Shown here: positions 39,651-52,500 of the stretch, one piece after another
How the letters are laid out: the number at the start of each line of letters is the position of its first letter
Position numbering within the stretch: the first letter of the stretch is position 1
From: Minutocellus sp. GHC0000111
Taxonomy: Eukaryota
Length of the DNA stretch: 64,000 bases
Direction of reading: 5' to 3'
Assembly (NCBI GenBank): GCA_977018835.1
Contig: OZ361257.1
Span: forward strand, 4,588,001 to 4,652,000
The notes under the pieces: generated by a model
Told to the model about the DNA's origin: nothing
Databases searched by the model: none
Seen by the model: the letters and a program-made list of their open reading frames with translations, nothing else
Program-made: the position numbers and the translations under genes

Positions 39651-42600
39651 GGGTGCTGCTATGGTCAAATGTGAGTTGCTCCAGTTAGGAGAGCACTGAT
39701 TTTCCCAACACTGCTGGCTGGCGACTAACCAACAACCCACAAAGATGAGTGCTTTGGCTGCAGTGCAATCACAGGACACTGCTCACCACATGCATTCCTT
39801 GCTGCTCTCACATGGCAATGAATGGAACATAAGCTTTGGTAGAGATCAGGGTGCTCCTATGGTCAAATGTGAGTTGCTCCAGTTTGGAGAGCACTGATTT
39901 TCCCAACGCTGCTTGCTGGCGACTCCCCAACAACCCACAAAGATGAGTGCTTTGGCTGCAGTGCAATCACAGGACACTGCTCACCACATGCATTCCTTGC
40001 TGCTCTCACATGGCAATGAATGGAACATAAGCTTTGGTAGAGATCAGGGTGCTCCTATTATTGATGTGAGTTGCTCCAGTTAGGAGCGCCCTAGTTTTCC
40101 CAACGCTGCTGGCGACGCCCACAAAGATGAGTGCTTTGGCTGCAGTGCAATCACAGGACACTGCTCACCACATGCATTCCTTGCTGCTCTCACATGGCAA
40201 TGAAGGAACATAAGCTTTGGTAGAGATCAGGGTGCTCCTGTGGTGACAACTGAGTTGCTCCAGTTAGGAGCGCCCTAGTTTTCCCAATGCTGCTGGTGAC
40301 GCCCACACCACCCACAAAGATGCATGCTTTGGCTGCAGTGCAATCACAGGACACTGCTCACCACATGCATTCCTTGCTGCTCTCACATGGCAATGAATGG
40401 AACATAAGCTTTGGTAGAGATCAGGGTGCTCCTATGGTCAAACATGAGTTGCTCCAGTTAGGAGAGCACTGATTTTCCCAACGCTGCTGGCTGGCGACTC
40501 CCCAACCACCCACAAAGATGCATGCTTTGGCTGCAGTGCAATCACAGGACACTGCTCACCACATGCATTCCTTGCTGCTCTCACATGGCAATGAATGGAA
40601 CACAAGCTTTGGCAGAGATCAGGGCACTCCTATGGTCAAATGTGAGTTGCTCCAGATAGTACAGCCCTAGTTTTCCCAACGCTGCTGGCGACACCCACAC
40701 CACCCACAAAGATGCGTGCTTTGGCTGCAGTGCAATCACAGGACACTGCTCACCACATGCATTCCTTGCTGCTCTCACATGGCAATGAATGGAACATAAG
40801 CTTTGGTAGAGATCAGGGTGCTGCTATGGTCAAATGTGAGTTGCTCCAGTTAGGACAGCCCTAGCTTTCCCAACGCTGCTGGCGACGCCCACACCACCCA
40901 CAAAGATGCGTGCTTTGGCTGCAGTGCAATCACAGGACACTGCTCACCACATGCATTCCTTGCTGCTCTCACATGGCAATGAATGGAACATAAGCTTTGG
41001 TAGAGATCAGGGTGCTGCTATGGTCAAATATGAGTTGCTCCAGTTAGGACAGCCCTAACTTTCCCAACGCTGCTGGTGACGCCCACACCACCCACAAAGA
41101 TGCGTGCTTTGGCTGCAGTGCAATCACAGGACACTGCTCAACACATGCATTCCTTGCTGCTCTCACATGGCAATGAATGGAACATAAGCTTTGGTAGAGA
41201 TCAGGGTGCTCCTATTGTCAAATGTGAGTTGATCCAGTTAGGACAGCCCTAACTTTCCCAACGCTGCTGGCGACGCCCACACCACCCACAAAGATGCGTG
41301 CTTTGGCTGCAGTGCAATCACAGGACACTGCTCAACACATGCATTCGTTGCTGCTCTCACATGGCAATGAATGGAACATAAGCTTTGGTAGAGATCAGGG
41401 TGCTCCTATTGTCAAATGTGAGTTGATCCAGTTAGGAGCGACCCCTAGCTTTCCCAACGCTGCTGGCGACACCCACACCAGCCACAAAGATGCGTGCTTT
41501 GGCTGCAGTGCAATCACAGGACACTGCTCAACACATGCATTCCTTGCTGCTCTCACATGGCAATGAATGGAACATAAGCTTTGGTAGAGATCAGGGTGCT
41601 CCTATGGTCAAATGTGAGTTGCCCCAGTTAGGAGCGCCCTAGTTGTCCCAACGCTGCTGCTGGCGATGCCCACGCCACCCACATAGATGAGTGCTTTGGC
41701 TGCAGTGCAATCACTGGACACTGCTCACCACATGCATTTCTTGCGAGGAGCGCCCTGGCTTTCCTAACGCTGCTGGCGACCCCACACCACCCACAAAGAT
41801 GCGTGCTTTGGCTGCAGTGCAATCACTGGACACTGCTCACCACATGCATTTCTTGCTGCTCTCACATTGTAATGAATGGAACATAAGCTTTGGTAGAGAT
41901 CAGGGTGCTCCTATGGTCAAATGTGAGTTGCTCCAGTTAGGAGCGCCATAGCTTTCCCAACGCTGCTGGCGACGCCCACACCACCCACAAAGATGAGTGC
42001 TTTGGCTGCAGTGCAATCACAGGACACTGCTCACCACATGCATTCCTTGCTGCTCTCACATGGCAATGAATGGAACATAAGCTTTGGTAGAGATCAGGGT
42101 GCTCCTATGGTCAAATGTGAGTTGCTCCAGTTAGGAGCGCCCCCTAGCTTTCCCAACGCTGCTGGCGACACCCACACCACCCACAAAGATGCGTGCTTTG
42201 GCTGCAGTGCAATCACAGGACACTGCTCACCACATGCATTCCTTGCTGCTCTCACATGGCAATGAATGGAACATAAGCTTTGGTAGAGATCAGGGTGCTC
42301 CTATGGTCAAATGTGAGTTGCTCCAGTTAGGAGCGCCCCCTAGCTTTCCCAACGCTGCTGGCGACACCCACACCACCCACAAAGATGCGTGCTTTGGCTG
42401 CAGTGCAATCACAGGACACTGCTCACCACATGCATTTCTTGCTGCTCTCACATGGCAATGAATGGAACATAAGCTTTGGTAGAGATCAGGTTGCTGCTAT
42501 GGTCAAATGTGAGTTGCTCCAGTAAGGAGCGCCCTAGTTGTCCCAACGCTGCTGCTGGCGATGCCCACGCCACCCACATAGATGAGTGCTTTGGCTGCAG

Positions 42601-45600
42601 TGCAATCACAGGACACTGCTCACCACATGAATTTCTTGCTGCTCTCACATTGTAATGAATGGAGCATAAGCTTTGGTAGAGATCAGGGTGCTCCTATGGT
42701 CAAACATGAGTTGCTCCAGTTAGGAGCGCCCTAGTTTTTCCAACGCTGCTGGCGACGCCCGCACCACCCACAAAGATGCGTGCTTTGGCTTCAGTGCAAT
42801 CACAGGACACTGCTCACCACATGCATTTCTTGCTGCTCTCACATGGCAATGAATGGAACATAAGCTTTGGTAGAGATCAGGTTGCTGCTATGGTCAAATG
42901 TGAGTTGCTCCAGTAAGGAGCGCCCTAGTTGTCCCAACGCTGCTGCTGGCGATGCCCACGCCACCCACATAGATGAGTGCTTTTGCTGCAGTGCAATCAC
43001 AGGACACTGCTCACCACATGCATTCCTTGCTGCTCTCACATGGCAATGAATGGAACATAAGCTTTGGTAGAGATCAGGGTGCTCCTATTATTGATGTGAG
43101 TTGCTCCAGTTAGGAGCGCCCTAGTTTTCCCAACGCTGCTGGCGACGCCCACAAAGATGAGTGCTTTGGCTGCAGTGCAATCACAGGACACTGCTCACCA
43201 CATGCATTCCTTGCTGCTCTCACATGGCAATGAAGGAACATAAGCTTTGGTAGAGATCAGGGTGCTCCTGTGGTGACAACTGAGTTGCTCCAGTTAGGAG
43301 CGCCCTAGTTTTCCCAATGCTGCTGGTGACGCCCACACCACCCACAAAGATGCATGCTTTGGCTGCAGTGCAATCACAGGACACTGCTCACCACATGCAT
43401 TCCTTGCTGCTCTCACATGGCAATGAATGGAACATAAGCTTTGGTAGAGATCAGGGTGCTCCTATGGTCAAACATGAGTTGCTCCAGTTAGGAGAGCACT
43501 GATTTTCCCAACGCTGCTGGCTGGCGACTCCCCAACCACCCACAAAGATGCATGCTTTGGCTGCAGTGCAATCACAGGACACTGCTCACCACATGCATTC
43601 CTTGCTGCTCTCACATGGCAATGAATGGAACACAAGCTTTGGCAGAGATCAGGGCACTCCTATGGTCAAATGTGAGTTGCTCCAGATAGTACAGCCCTAG
43701 TTTTCCCAACGCTGCTGGCGACACCCACACCACCCACAAAGATGCGTGCTTTGGCTGCAGTGCAATCACAGGACACTGCTCACCACATGCATTCCTTGCT
43801 GCTCTCACATGGCAATGAATGGAACATAAGCTTTGGTAGAGATCAGGGTGCTGCTATGGTCAAATGTGAGTTGCTCCAGTTAGGACAGCCCTAGCTTTCC
43901 CAACGCTGCTTTTGACGCCCACACCACCCACAAAGATGCGTGCTTTGGCTGCAGTGCAATCACAGGACACTGCTCACCACATGCATTCCTTGCTGCTCTC
44001 ACATGGCAATGAATGGAACATAAGCTTTGGTAGAGATCAGGGTGCTGCTATGGTCAAATATGAGTTGCTCCAGTTAGGACAGCCCTAACTTTCCCAACGC
44101 TGCTGGTGACGCCCACACCACCCACAAAGATGCGTGCTTTGGCTGCAGTGCAATCACAGGACACTGCTCAACACATGCATTCCTTGCTGCTCTCACATGG
44201 CAATGAATGGAACATAAGCTTTGGTAGAGATCAGGGTGCTCCTATTGTCAAATGTGAGTTGATCCAGTTAGGACAGCCCTAACTTTCCCAACGCTGCTGG
44301 CGACGCCCACACCACCCACAAAGATGCGTGCTTTGGCTGCAGTGCAATCACAGGACACTGCTCAACACATGCATTCGTTGCTGCTCTCACATGGCAATGA
44401 ATGGAACATAAGCTTTGGTAGAGATCAGGGTGCTCCTATTGTCAAATGTGAGTTGATCCAGTTAGGAGCGACCCCTAGCTTTCCCAACGCTGCTGGCGAC
44501 ACCCACACCAGCCACAAAGATGCGTGCTTTGGCTGCAGTGCAATCACAGGACACTGCTCAACACATGCATTCCTTGCTGCTCTCACATGGCAATGAATGG
44601 AACATAAGCTTTGGTAGAGATCAGGGTGCTCCTATGGTCAAATGTGAGTTGCCCCAGTTAGGAGCGCCCTAGTTGTCCCAACGCTGCTGCTGGCGATGCC
44701 CACGCCACCCACATAGATGAGTGCTTTGGCTGCAGTGCAATCACTGGACACTGCTCACCACATGCATTTCTTGCGAGGAGCGCCCTGGCTTTCCTAACGC
44801 TGCTGGCGACCCCACACCACCCACAAAGATGCGTGCTTTGGCTGCAGTGCAATCACTGGACACTGCTCACCACATGCATTCGTTGCTGCTCTCACATGGC
44901 AATGAATGGAACACAAGCTTTGGTAGAGATAAGGGTGCTCCTGTGGTCAAACATGGGTTGCTCCAGCAAGCAGCGCCCTGATTTTCCCAACGCTGCTGGC
45001 GACGCCCACACCACCCACAAAGATGAGTGCTTTGGCTGCAGTGCAATCACAGGACACTGCTCACCACATGCATTCCTTGCTGCTCTCACATGGCAATGAA
45101 TGGAACATAAGCTTTGGTAGAGATCAGGGTGCTCCTATTGTCAAATGTGAGTTGATCCAGTTAGGAGCGACCCCTAGCTTTCCCAACGCTGCTGGCGACA
45201 CCCACACCAGCCACAAAGATGCGTGCTTTGGCTGCAGTGCAATCACAGGACACTGCTCAACACATGCATTCCTTGCTGCTCTCACATGGCAATGAATGGA
45301 ACATAAGCTTTGGTAGAGATCAGGGTGCTCCTATGGTCAAACATGAGTTGCTCCAGTTAGGAGAGCACTGATTTTCCCAACGCTGCTGGCTGGCGACTCC
45401 CCAACCACCCACAAAGATGCATGCTTTGGCTGCAGTGCAATCACTGGACACTGCTCAACACATGCATTCCTTGCTGCTCTCACATGGCAATGAATGGAAC
45501 ATAAGCTTTGGTAGAGATCAGGGTGCTGCTATTGTCAAATGTGAGTTGCTCCGGTTAGGAGCGCCCTAGCTTTCCCAACGCTGCTGGCGACACCCACACC

Positions 45601-46550
45601 ACCCACAAAGATGCGTGCTTTGGCTGCAGTGCAATCACAGGACACTGCTCACCACATGCATTTCTTGCTGCTCTCACATGGCAATGAATGGAACATAAGC
45701 TTTGGTAGAGATCAGGTTGCTGCTATTGTCAAATGTGAGTTGCTCCGGTTAGGAGCGCCCTAGTTGTCCCAACGCTGCTGCTGGCGATGCCCACGCCACC
45801 CACAAAGATGAGTGCTTTGGCTGCAGTGCAATCACAGGACACTGCTCACCACATGCATTTCTTGCTGCTCTCACATGGCAATGAATGGAACATAAGCTTT
45901 GGTAGAGATCAGGGCACTCCTATGGTCAAACATGAGTTGCTCCAGTTAGGAGCGCCCTAGTTTTCCCAACGCTGCTGGCGACGCCCACACCACCCACAAA
46001 GATGCGTGCTCTGGCTGCAGTGCATCCACAGGACACTGCTCACCACATGCATTCCTTGCTGCTCTCACATGGCAATGAATGGAACATAAGCTTTGGTAGA
46101 GATCAGGGTGCTCCTATGGTCAAATGTGAGTTGCTCCAGTAAGGAGCGCCCTGCTTTTCCCAACGCTGCTGGCGACGCCCACACCACCCACAAAGATGAG
46201 TGCTTTGGCTGCAGTGCAATCACAGGACACTGCTCACCACATGCATTCCTTGCTGCTCTCACATGGCAATGAATGGAACATAAGCTTTGGTAGAGATCAG
46301 GGTGCTGCTATGGTCAAACATGAATTGCTCCAGTTAGGAGCGCAATAGTTTTCCCAACGATGCTGGCGACGCCCACACCACCCACAAAGATGAGTGCTTT
46401 GGCTGCAGTGCAATCACAGATTACTGCTCACCACATGCATTCCTTGCTGCTCTCACATGGCAATGAATGGAACATAAGCTTTGGTAGAGATCAGGGTGCT
46501 CCTATGGTCAAATGTGAGTTGATCCAGTTAGGACAGCCCTAACTTTCCCA
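39650..46550. repeat. Divergent transitional domain with a 3,030-bp-offset duplication and variant cassette copies; boundaries approximate
   Basis: Offsets 40287/43317, 41294/44324 and 41691/44721 are all 3,030. Private variants include 'ccagatagtacag', 'acatagatgag' and a truncated monomer at 41745/44775. Confidence 0.8.
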
Positions 46551-49500
46551 ACGCTGCTGGTGACGCCCACACCACCCACAAATATGCGTGCTTTGGCTGC
46601 AGTGCAATCACAGGACACTGCTCACCACATGCATTCCTTGCTGCTCTCACATCGCAATGAATGGAACATAAGCTTTGGTAGAGATCAGGGTGCTGCTATG
46701 GTCAAATGTGAGTTGCTCCAGTTTGGAGAGCACTGATTTTCCCAACGCTGCTTGCTGGCGACTCCCCAACAACCCACAAAGATGAGTGCTTTGGCTGCAG
46801 TGCAATCACAGGACACTGCTCACCACATGCATTCCTTGCTGCTCTCACATGGCAATGAATGGAACATAAGCTTTGGTAGAGATCAGGGTGCTCCTATGGT
46901 CAAATGTGAGTTGCTCCAGTTAGGACAGCCCTAACTTTCCCAACGCTGCTGGCGACGCCCACACCACCCACAAATATGAGTGCTTTGGCTGCAGTGCAAT
47001 CACAGGACACTGCTCACCACATGCATTCCTTGCTGCTCTCACATGGCAATGAATGGAACATAAGCTTTGGTAGAGATCAGGGTGCTCCTATTATTGATGT
47101 GAGTTGCTCCAGTTAGGAGCGCCCTAGCTTTCCCAAAGCTGCTGGCGACGCCCACAAAGATGAGTGCTTTGGCTGCAGTGCAATCACTGGACACTGCTCA
47201 CCACATGCATTCCTTGCTGCTCTCACATGGCAATGAATGGAACATAAGCTTTGGTAGAGATCAGGGTGCTGCTATGGTCAAATGTGAGTTGCTCCAGTTT
47301 GGAGAGCACTGATTTTCCCGACGCTGCTTGCTGGCGACTCCCCAACAACCCACAAAGATGAGTGCTTTGGCTGCAGTGCAATCACAGGACACTGCTCACC
47401 ACATGCATTCCTTGCTGCTCTCACATGGCAATGAATGGAACATAAGCTTTGGTAGAGATCAGGGTGCTCCTATGGTCAAATGTGAGTTGCTCCAGTTAGG
47501 AGCGCCCTAGTTTTCCCAACGCTGCTGGCGACGCCCACAAAGATGAGTGCTTTGGCTGCAGTGCAATCACTGGACACTGCTCACCACATGCATTCCTTGC
47601 TGCTCTCACATGGCAATGAAGGAACATAAGCTTTGGTAGAGATCAGGGTGCTCCTGTGGTGACAACTGAGTTGCTCCAGTTAGGAGCGCCCTAGTTTTCC
47701 CAATGCTGCTGGTGACGCCCACACCACCCACAAAGATGCATGCTTTGGCTGCAGTGCAATCACAGGACACTGCTCACCACATGCATTCCTTGCTGCTCTC
47801 ACATGGCAATGAAGGAACATAAGCTTTGGTATAGATCAGGGTGCTCCTATGGTCAAACATGAGTTGCTCCAGTTAGGAGAGCACTGATTTTCCCAACGCT
47901 GCTGGCTGGCGACTCCCCAACCACCCACAAAGATGCATGCTTTGGCTGCAGTGCAATCACAGGACACTGCTCACCACATGCATTCCTTGCTGCTCTCACA
48001 TGGCAATGAATTGAACTAAGCTTTGGCAGAGATCAGGGCACTCCCATGGTCAAATGTGAGTTGCTCCAGTTAGTACAGCCCTAGTTTTCCCAACGCTGCT
48101 GGCGACACCCACACCACCCACAAAGATGCGTGCTTTGGCTGCAGTGCAATCACAGGACACTGCTCACCACATGCATTCCTTGCTGCTCTCACATGGCAAT
48201 GAATGGAACATAAGCTTTGGTAGAGATCAGGGTGCTGCTATGGTCAAATGTGAGTTGCTCCAGTTTGGAGAGCACTGATTTTCCCAACGCTGCTGGCTGG
48301 CAACTCCCCAACAACCCACAAAGATGAGTGCTTTGGCTGCAGTGCAATCACAGGACACTGCTCACCACATGCATTCCTTGCTGCTCTCACATGGCAATGA
48401 ATGGAACATAAGCTTTGGTAGAGATCAGGGTGCTCCCATGGTCAAATATGAGTTGCTCCAGTTAGGAGCGCCCTAGCTTTCCCAACGCTGCTGGCGACGC
48501 CCACACCACCCACAAAGATGAGTGCTTTGGCTGCAGTGCAATCACAGGACACTGCTCACCACATGCATTCCTTGCTGCTCTCACATGGCAATGAATGGAA
48601 CATAAGCTTTGGTAGAGATCAGGGTGCTCCTGTGGTCAAACATGAGTTGCTCCAGTTAGGACAGCCCTAGCTTTCCCAACGCTGCTGGCGACGCCCACAC
48701 CACCCACAAAGATGAGTGCTTTGGCTGCAGTGCAATCACAGGACACTGCTCACCACATGCATTCCTTGCTGCTCTCACATGGCAATGAATGGAACATAAG
48801 CTTTGGTAGAGATCAGGGCACTCCTGTGGTCAAATGTGAGTTGCTCCAGTTAGGACAGCCCTAGTTTTCCCAACGCTGCTGGCGCCGCCCCCACCACCCA
48901 CAAAGATGAGTGCTTTGGCTGCAGTGCAATCACAGGACACTGCTCACCACATGCATTCCTTGCTGCTCTCACATGGCAATGAATGGAACATAAGCTTTGG
49001 TAGAGATCAGGGTGCTCCTATGGTCAAATGTGAGTTGCTCCAGTTAGGACAGCCCTAACTTTCCCAACGCTGCTGGTGACGCCCACACCACCCACAAATA
49101 TGCGTGCTTTGGCTGCAGTGCAATCACAGGACACTGCTCACCACATGCATTCCTTGCTGCTCTCACATCGCAATGAATGGAACATAAGCTTTGGTAGAGA
49201 TCAGGGTGCTCCTATGGTCAAATGTGAGTTGCTCCAGTTTGGAGAGCACTGATTTTCCCAACGCTGCTTGCTGGCGACTCCCCAACAACCCACAAAGATG
49301 AGTGCTTTGGCTGCAGTGCAATCACAGGACACTGCTCACCACATGCATTCCTTGCTGCTCTCACATGGCAATGAATGGAACATAAGCTTTGGTAGAGATC
49401 AGGGTGCTCCTATGGTCAAATGTGAGTTGCTCCAGTTAGGACAGCCCTAACTTTCCCAACGCTGCTGGCGACGCCCACACCACCCACAAATATGAGTGCT

Positions 49501-52500
49501 TTGGCTGCAGTGCAATCACAGGACACTGCTCACCACATGCATTCCTTGCTGCTCTCACATGGCAATGAATGGAACATAAGCTTTGGTAGAGATCAGGGTG
49601 CTCCTATTATTGATGTGAGTTGCTCCAGTTAGGAGCGCCCTAGCTTTCCCAAAGCTGCTGGCGACGCCCACAAAGATGAGTGCTTTGGCTGCAGTGCAAT
49701 CACTGGACACTGCTCACCACATGCATTCCTTGCTGCTCTCACATGGCAATGAATGGAACATAAGCTTTGGTAGAGATCAGGGTGCTGCTATGGTCAAATG
49801 TGAGTTGCTCCAGTTTGGAGAGCACTGATTTTCCCGACGCTGCTTGCTGGCGACTCCCCAACAACCCACAAAGATGAGTGCTTTGGCTGCAGTGCAATCA
49901 CAGGACACTGCTCACCACATGCATTCCTTGCTGCTCTCACATGGCAATGAATGGAACATAAGCTTTGGTAGAGATCAGGGTGCTCCTATGGTCAAATGTG
50001 AGTTGCTCCAGTTAGGAGCGCCCTAGTTTTCCCAACGCTGCTGGCGACGCCCACAAAGATGAGTGCTTTGGCTGCAGTGCAATCACTGGACACTGCTCAC
50101 CACATGCATTCCTTACTGCTCTCACATGGCAATGAAGGAACATAAGCTTTGGTAGAGATCAGGGTGCTCCTGTGGTGACAACTGAGTTGCTCCAGTTAGG
50201 AGCGCCCTAGTTTTCCCAATGCTGCTGGTGACGCCCACACCACCCACAAAGATGCATGCTTTGGCTGCAGTGCAATCACAGGACACTGCTCACCACATGC
50301 ATTCCTTGCTGCTCTCACATGGCAATGAAGGAACATAAGCTTTGGTATAGATCAGGGTGCTCCTATGGTCAAACATGAGTTGCTCCAGTTAGGAGAGCAC
50401 TGATTTTCCCAACGCTGCTGGCTGGCGACTCCCCAACCACCCACAAAGATGCATGCTTTGGCTGCAGTGCAATCACAGGACACTGCTCACCACATGCATT
50501 CCTTGCTGCTCTCACATGGCAATGAATTGAACTAAGCTTTGGCAGAGATCAGGGCACTCCCATGGTCAAATGTGAGTTGCTCCAGTTAGTACAGCCCTAG
50601 TTTTCCCAACGCTGCTGGCGACACCCACACCACCCACAAAGATGCGTGCTTTGGCTGCAGTGCAATCACAGGACACTGCTCACCACATGCATTCCTTGCT
50701 GCTCTCACATGGCAATGAATGGAACATAAGCTTTGGTAGAGATCAGGGTGCTGCTATGGTCAAATGTGAGTTGCTCCAGTTTGGAGAGCACTGATTTTCC
50801 CAACGCTGCTGGCTGGCAACTCCCCAACAACCCACAAAGATGAGTGCTTTGGCTGCAGTGCAATCACAGGACACTGCTCACCACATGCATTCCTTGCTGC
50901 TCTCACATGGCAATGAATGGAACATAAGCTTTGGTAGAGATCAGGGTGCTCCCATGGTCAAATATGAGTTGCTCCAGTTTTGGAGAGCACTGATTTTCCC
51001 GACGCTGCTTGCTGGCGACTCCCCAACAACCCACAAAGATGAGTGCTTTGGCTGCAGTGCAATCACAGGACACTGCTCACCACATGCATTCCTTGCTGCT
51101 CTCACATGGCAATGAATGGAACATAAGCTTTGGTAGAGATCAGGGTGCTCCTATGGTCAAATGTGAGTTGCTCCAGTTAGGACAGCCCTAACTTTCCCAA
51201 CGCTGCTGGCGACGCCCACACCACCCACAAATATGAGTGCTTTGGCTGCAGTGCAATCACAGGACACTGCTCACCACATGCATTCCTTGCTGCTCTCACA
51301 TGGCAATGAATGGAACATAAGCTTTGGTAGAGATCAGGGTGCTCCTATGGTCAAATGTGAGTTGCTCCAGTTAGGACAGCCCTAACTTTCCCAACGCTGC
51401 TGGCGACGCCCACACCACCCACAAATATGAGTGCTTTGGCTGCAGTGCAATCACAGGACACTGCTCACCACATGCATTCCTTGCTGCTCTCACATGGCAA
51501 TGAATGGAACATAAGCTTTGGTAGAGATCAGGGTGCTCCTATTATTGATGTGAGTTGCTCCAGTTAGGAGCGCCCTAGCTTTCCCAAAGCTGCTGGCGAC
51601 GCCCACAAAGATGAGTGCTTTGGCTGCAGTGCAATCACTGGACACTGCTCACCACATGCATTCCTTGCTGCTCTCACATGGCAATGAATGGAACATAAGC
51701 TTTGGTAGAGATCAGGGTGCTGCTATGGTCAAATGTGAGTTGCTCCAGTTTGGAGAGCACTGATTTTCCCGACGCTGCTTGCTGGCGACTCCCCAACAAC
51801 CCACAAAGATGAGTGCTTTGGCTGCAGTGCAATCACAGGACACTGCTCACCACATGCATTCCTTGCTGCTCTCACATGGCAATGAATGGAACATAAGCTT
51901 TGGTAGAGATCAGGGTGCTCCTATGGTCAAATGTGAGTTGCTCCAGTTAGGAGCGCCCTAGTTTTCCCAACGCTGCTGGCGACGCCCACAAAGATGAGTG
52001 CTTTGGCTGCAGTGCAATCACTGGACACTGCTCACCACATGCATTCCTTGCTGCTCTCACATGGCAATGAAGGAACATAAGCTTTGGTAGAGATCAGGGT
52101 GCTCCTGTGGTGACAACTGAGTTGCTCCAGTTAGGAGCGCCCTAGTTTTCCCAATGCTGCTGGTGACGCCCACACCACCCACAAAGATGCATGCTTTGGC
52201 TGCAGTGCAATCACAGGACACTGCTCACCACATGCATTCCTTGCTGCTCTCACATGGCAATGAAGGAACATAAGCTTTGGTATAGATCAGGTTGCTTCTA
52301 TGGTCAAATGTGAGTTGCTCCAGTTAGGAGCGCCCTGGCTTTCCCAACGCTGCTGGCGACGCCCACACCACCCACAAAGATGCGTGCTTTGGCTGCAGTG
52401 CAATCACTGGACACTGCTCACCACATGCATTCCTTGCTGCTCTCACATGGCAATGAATGGAACATAAGCTTTGGTAGAGATCAGGGTGCTGCCATGGTCA

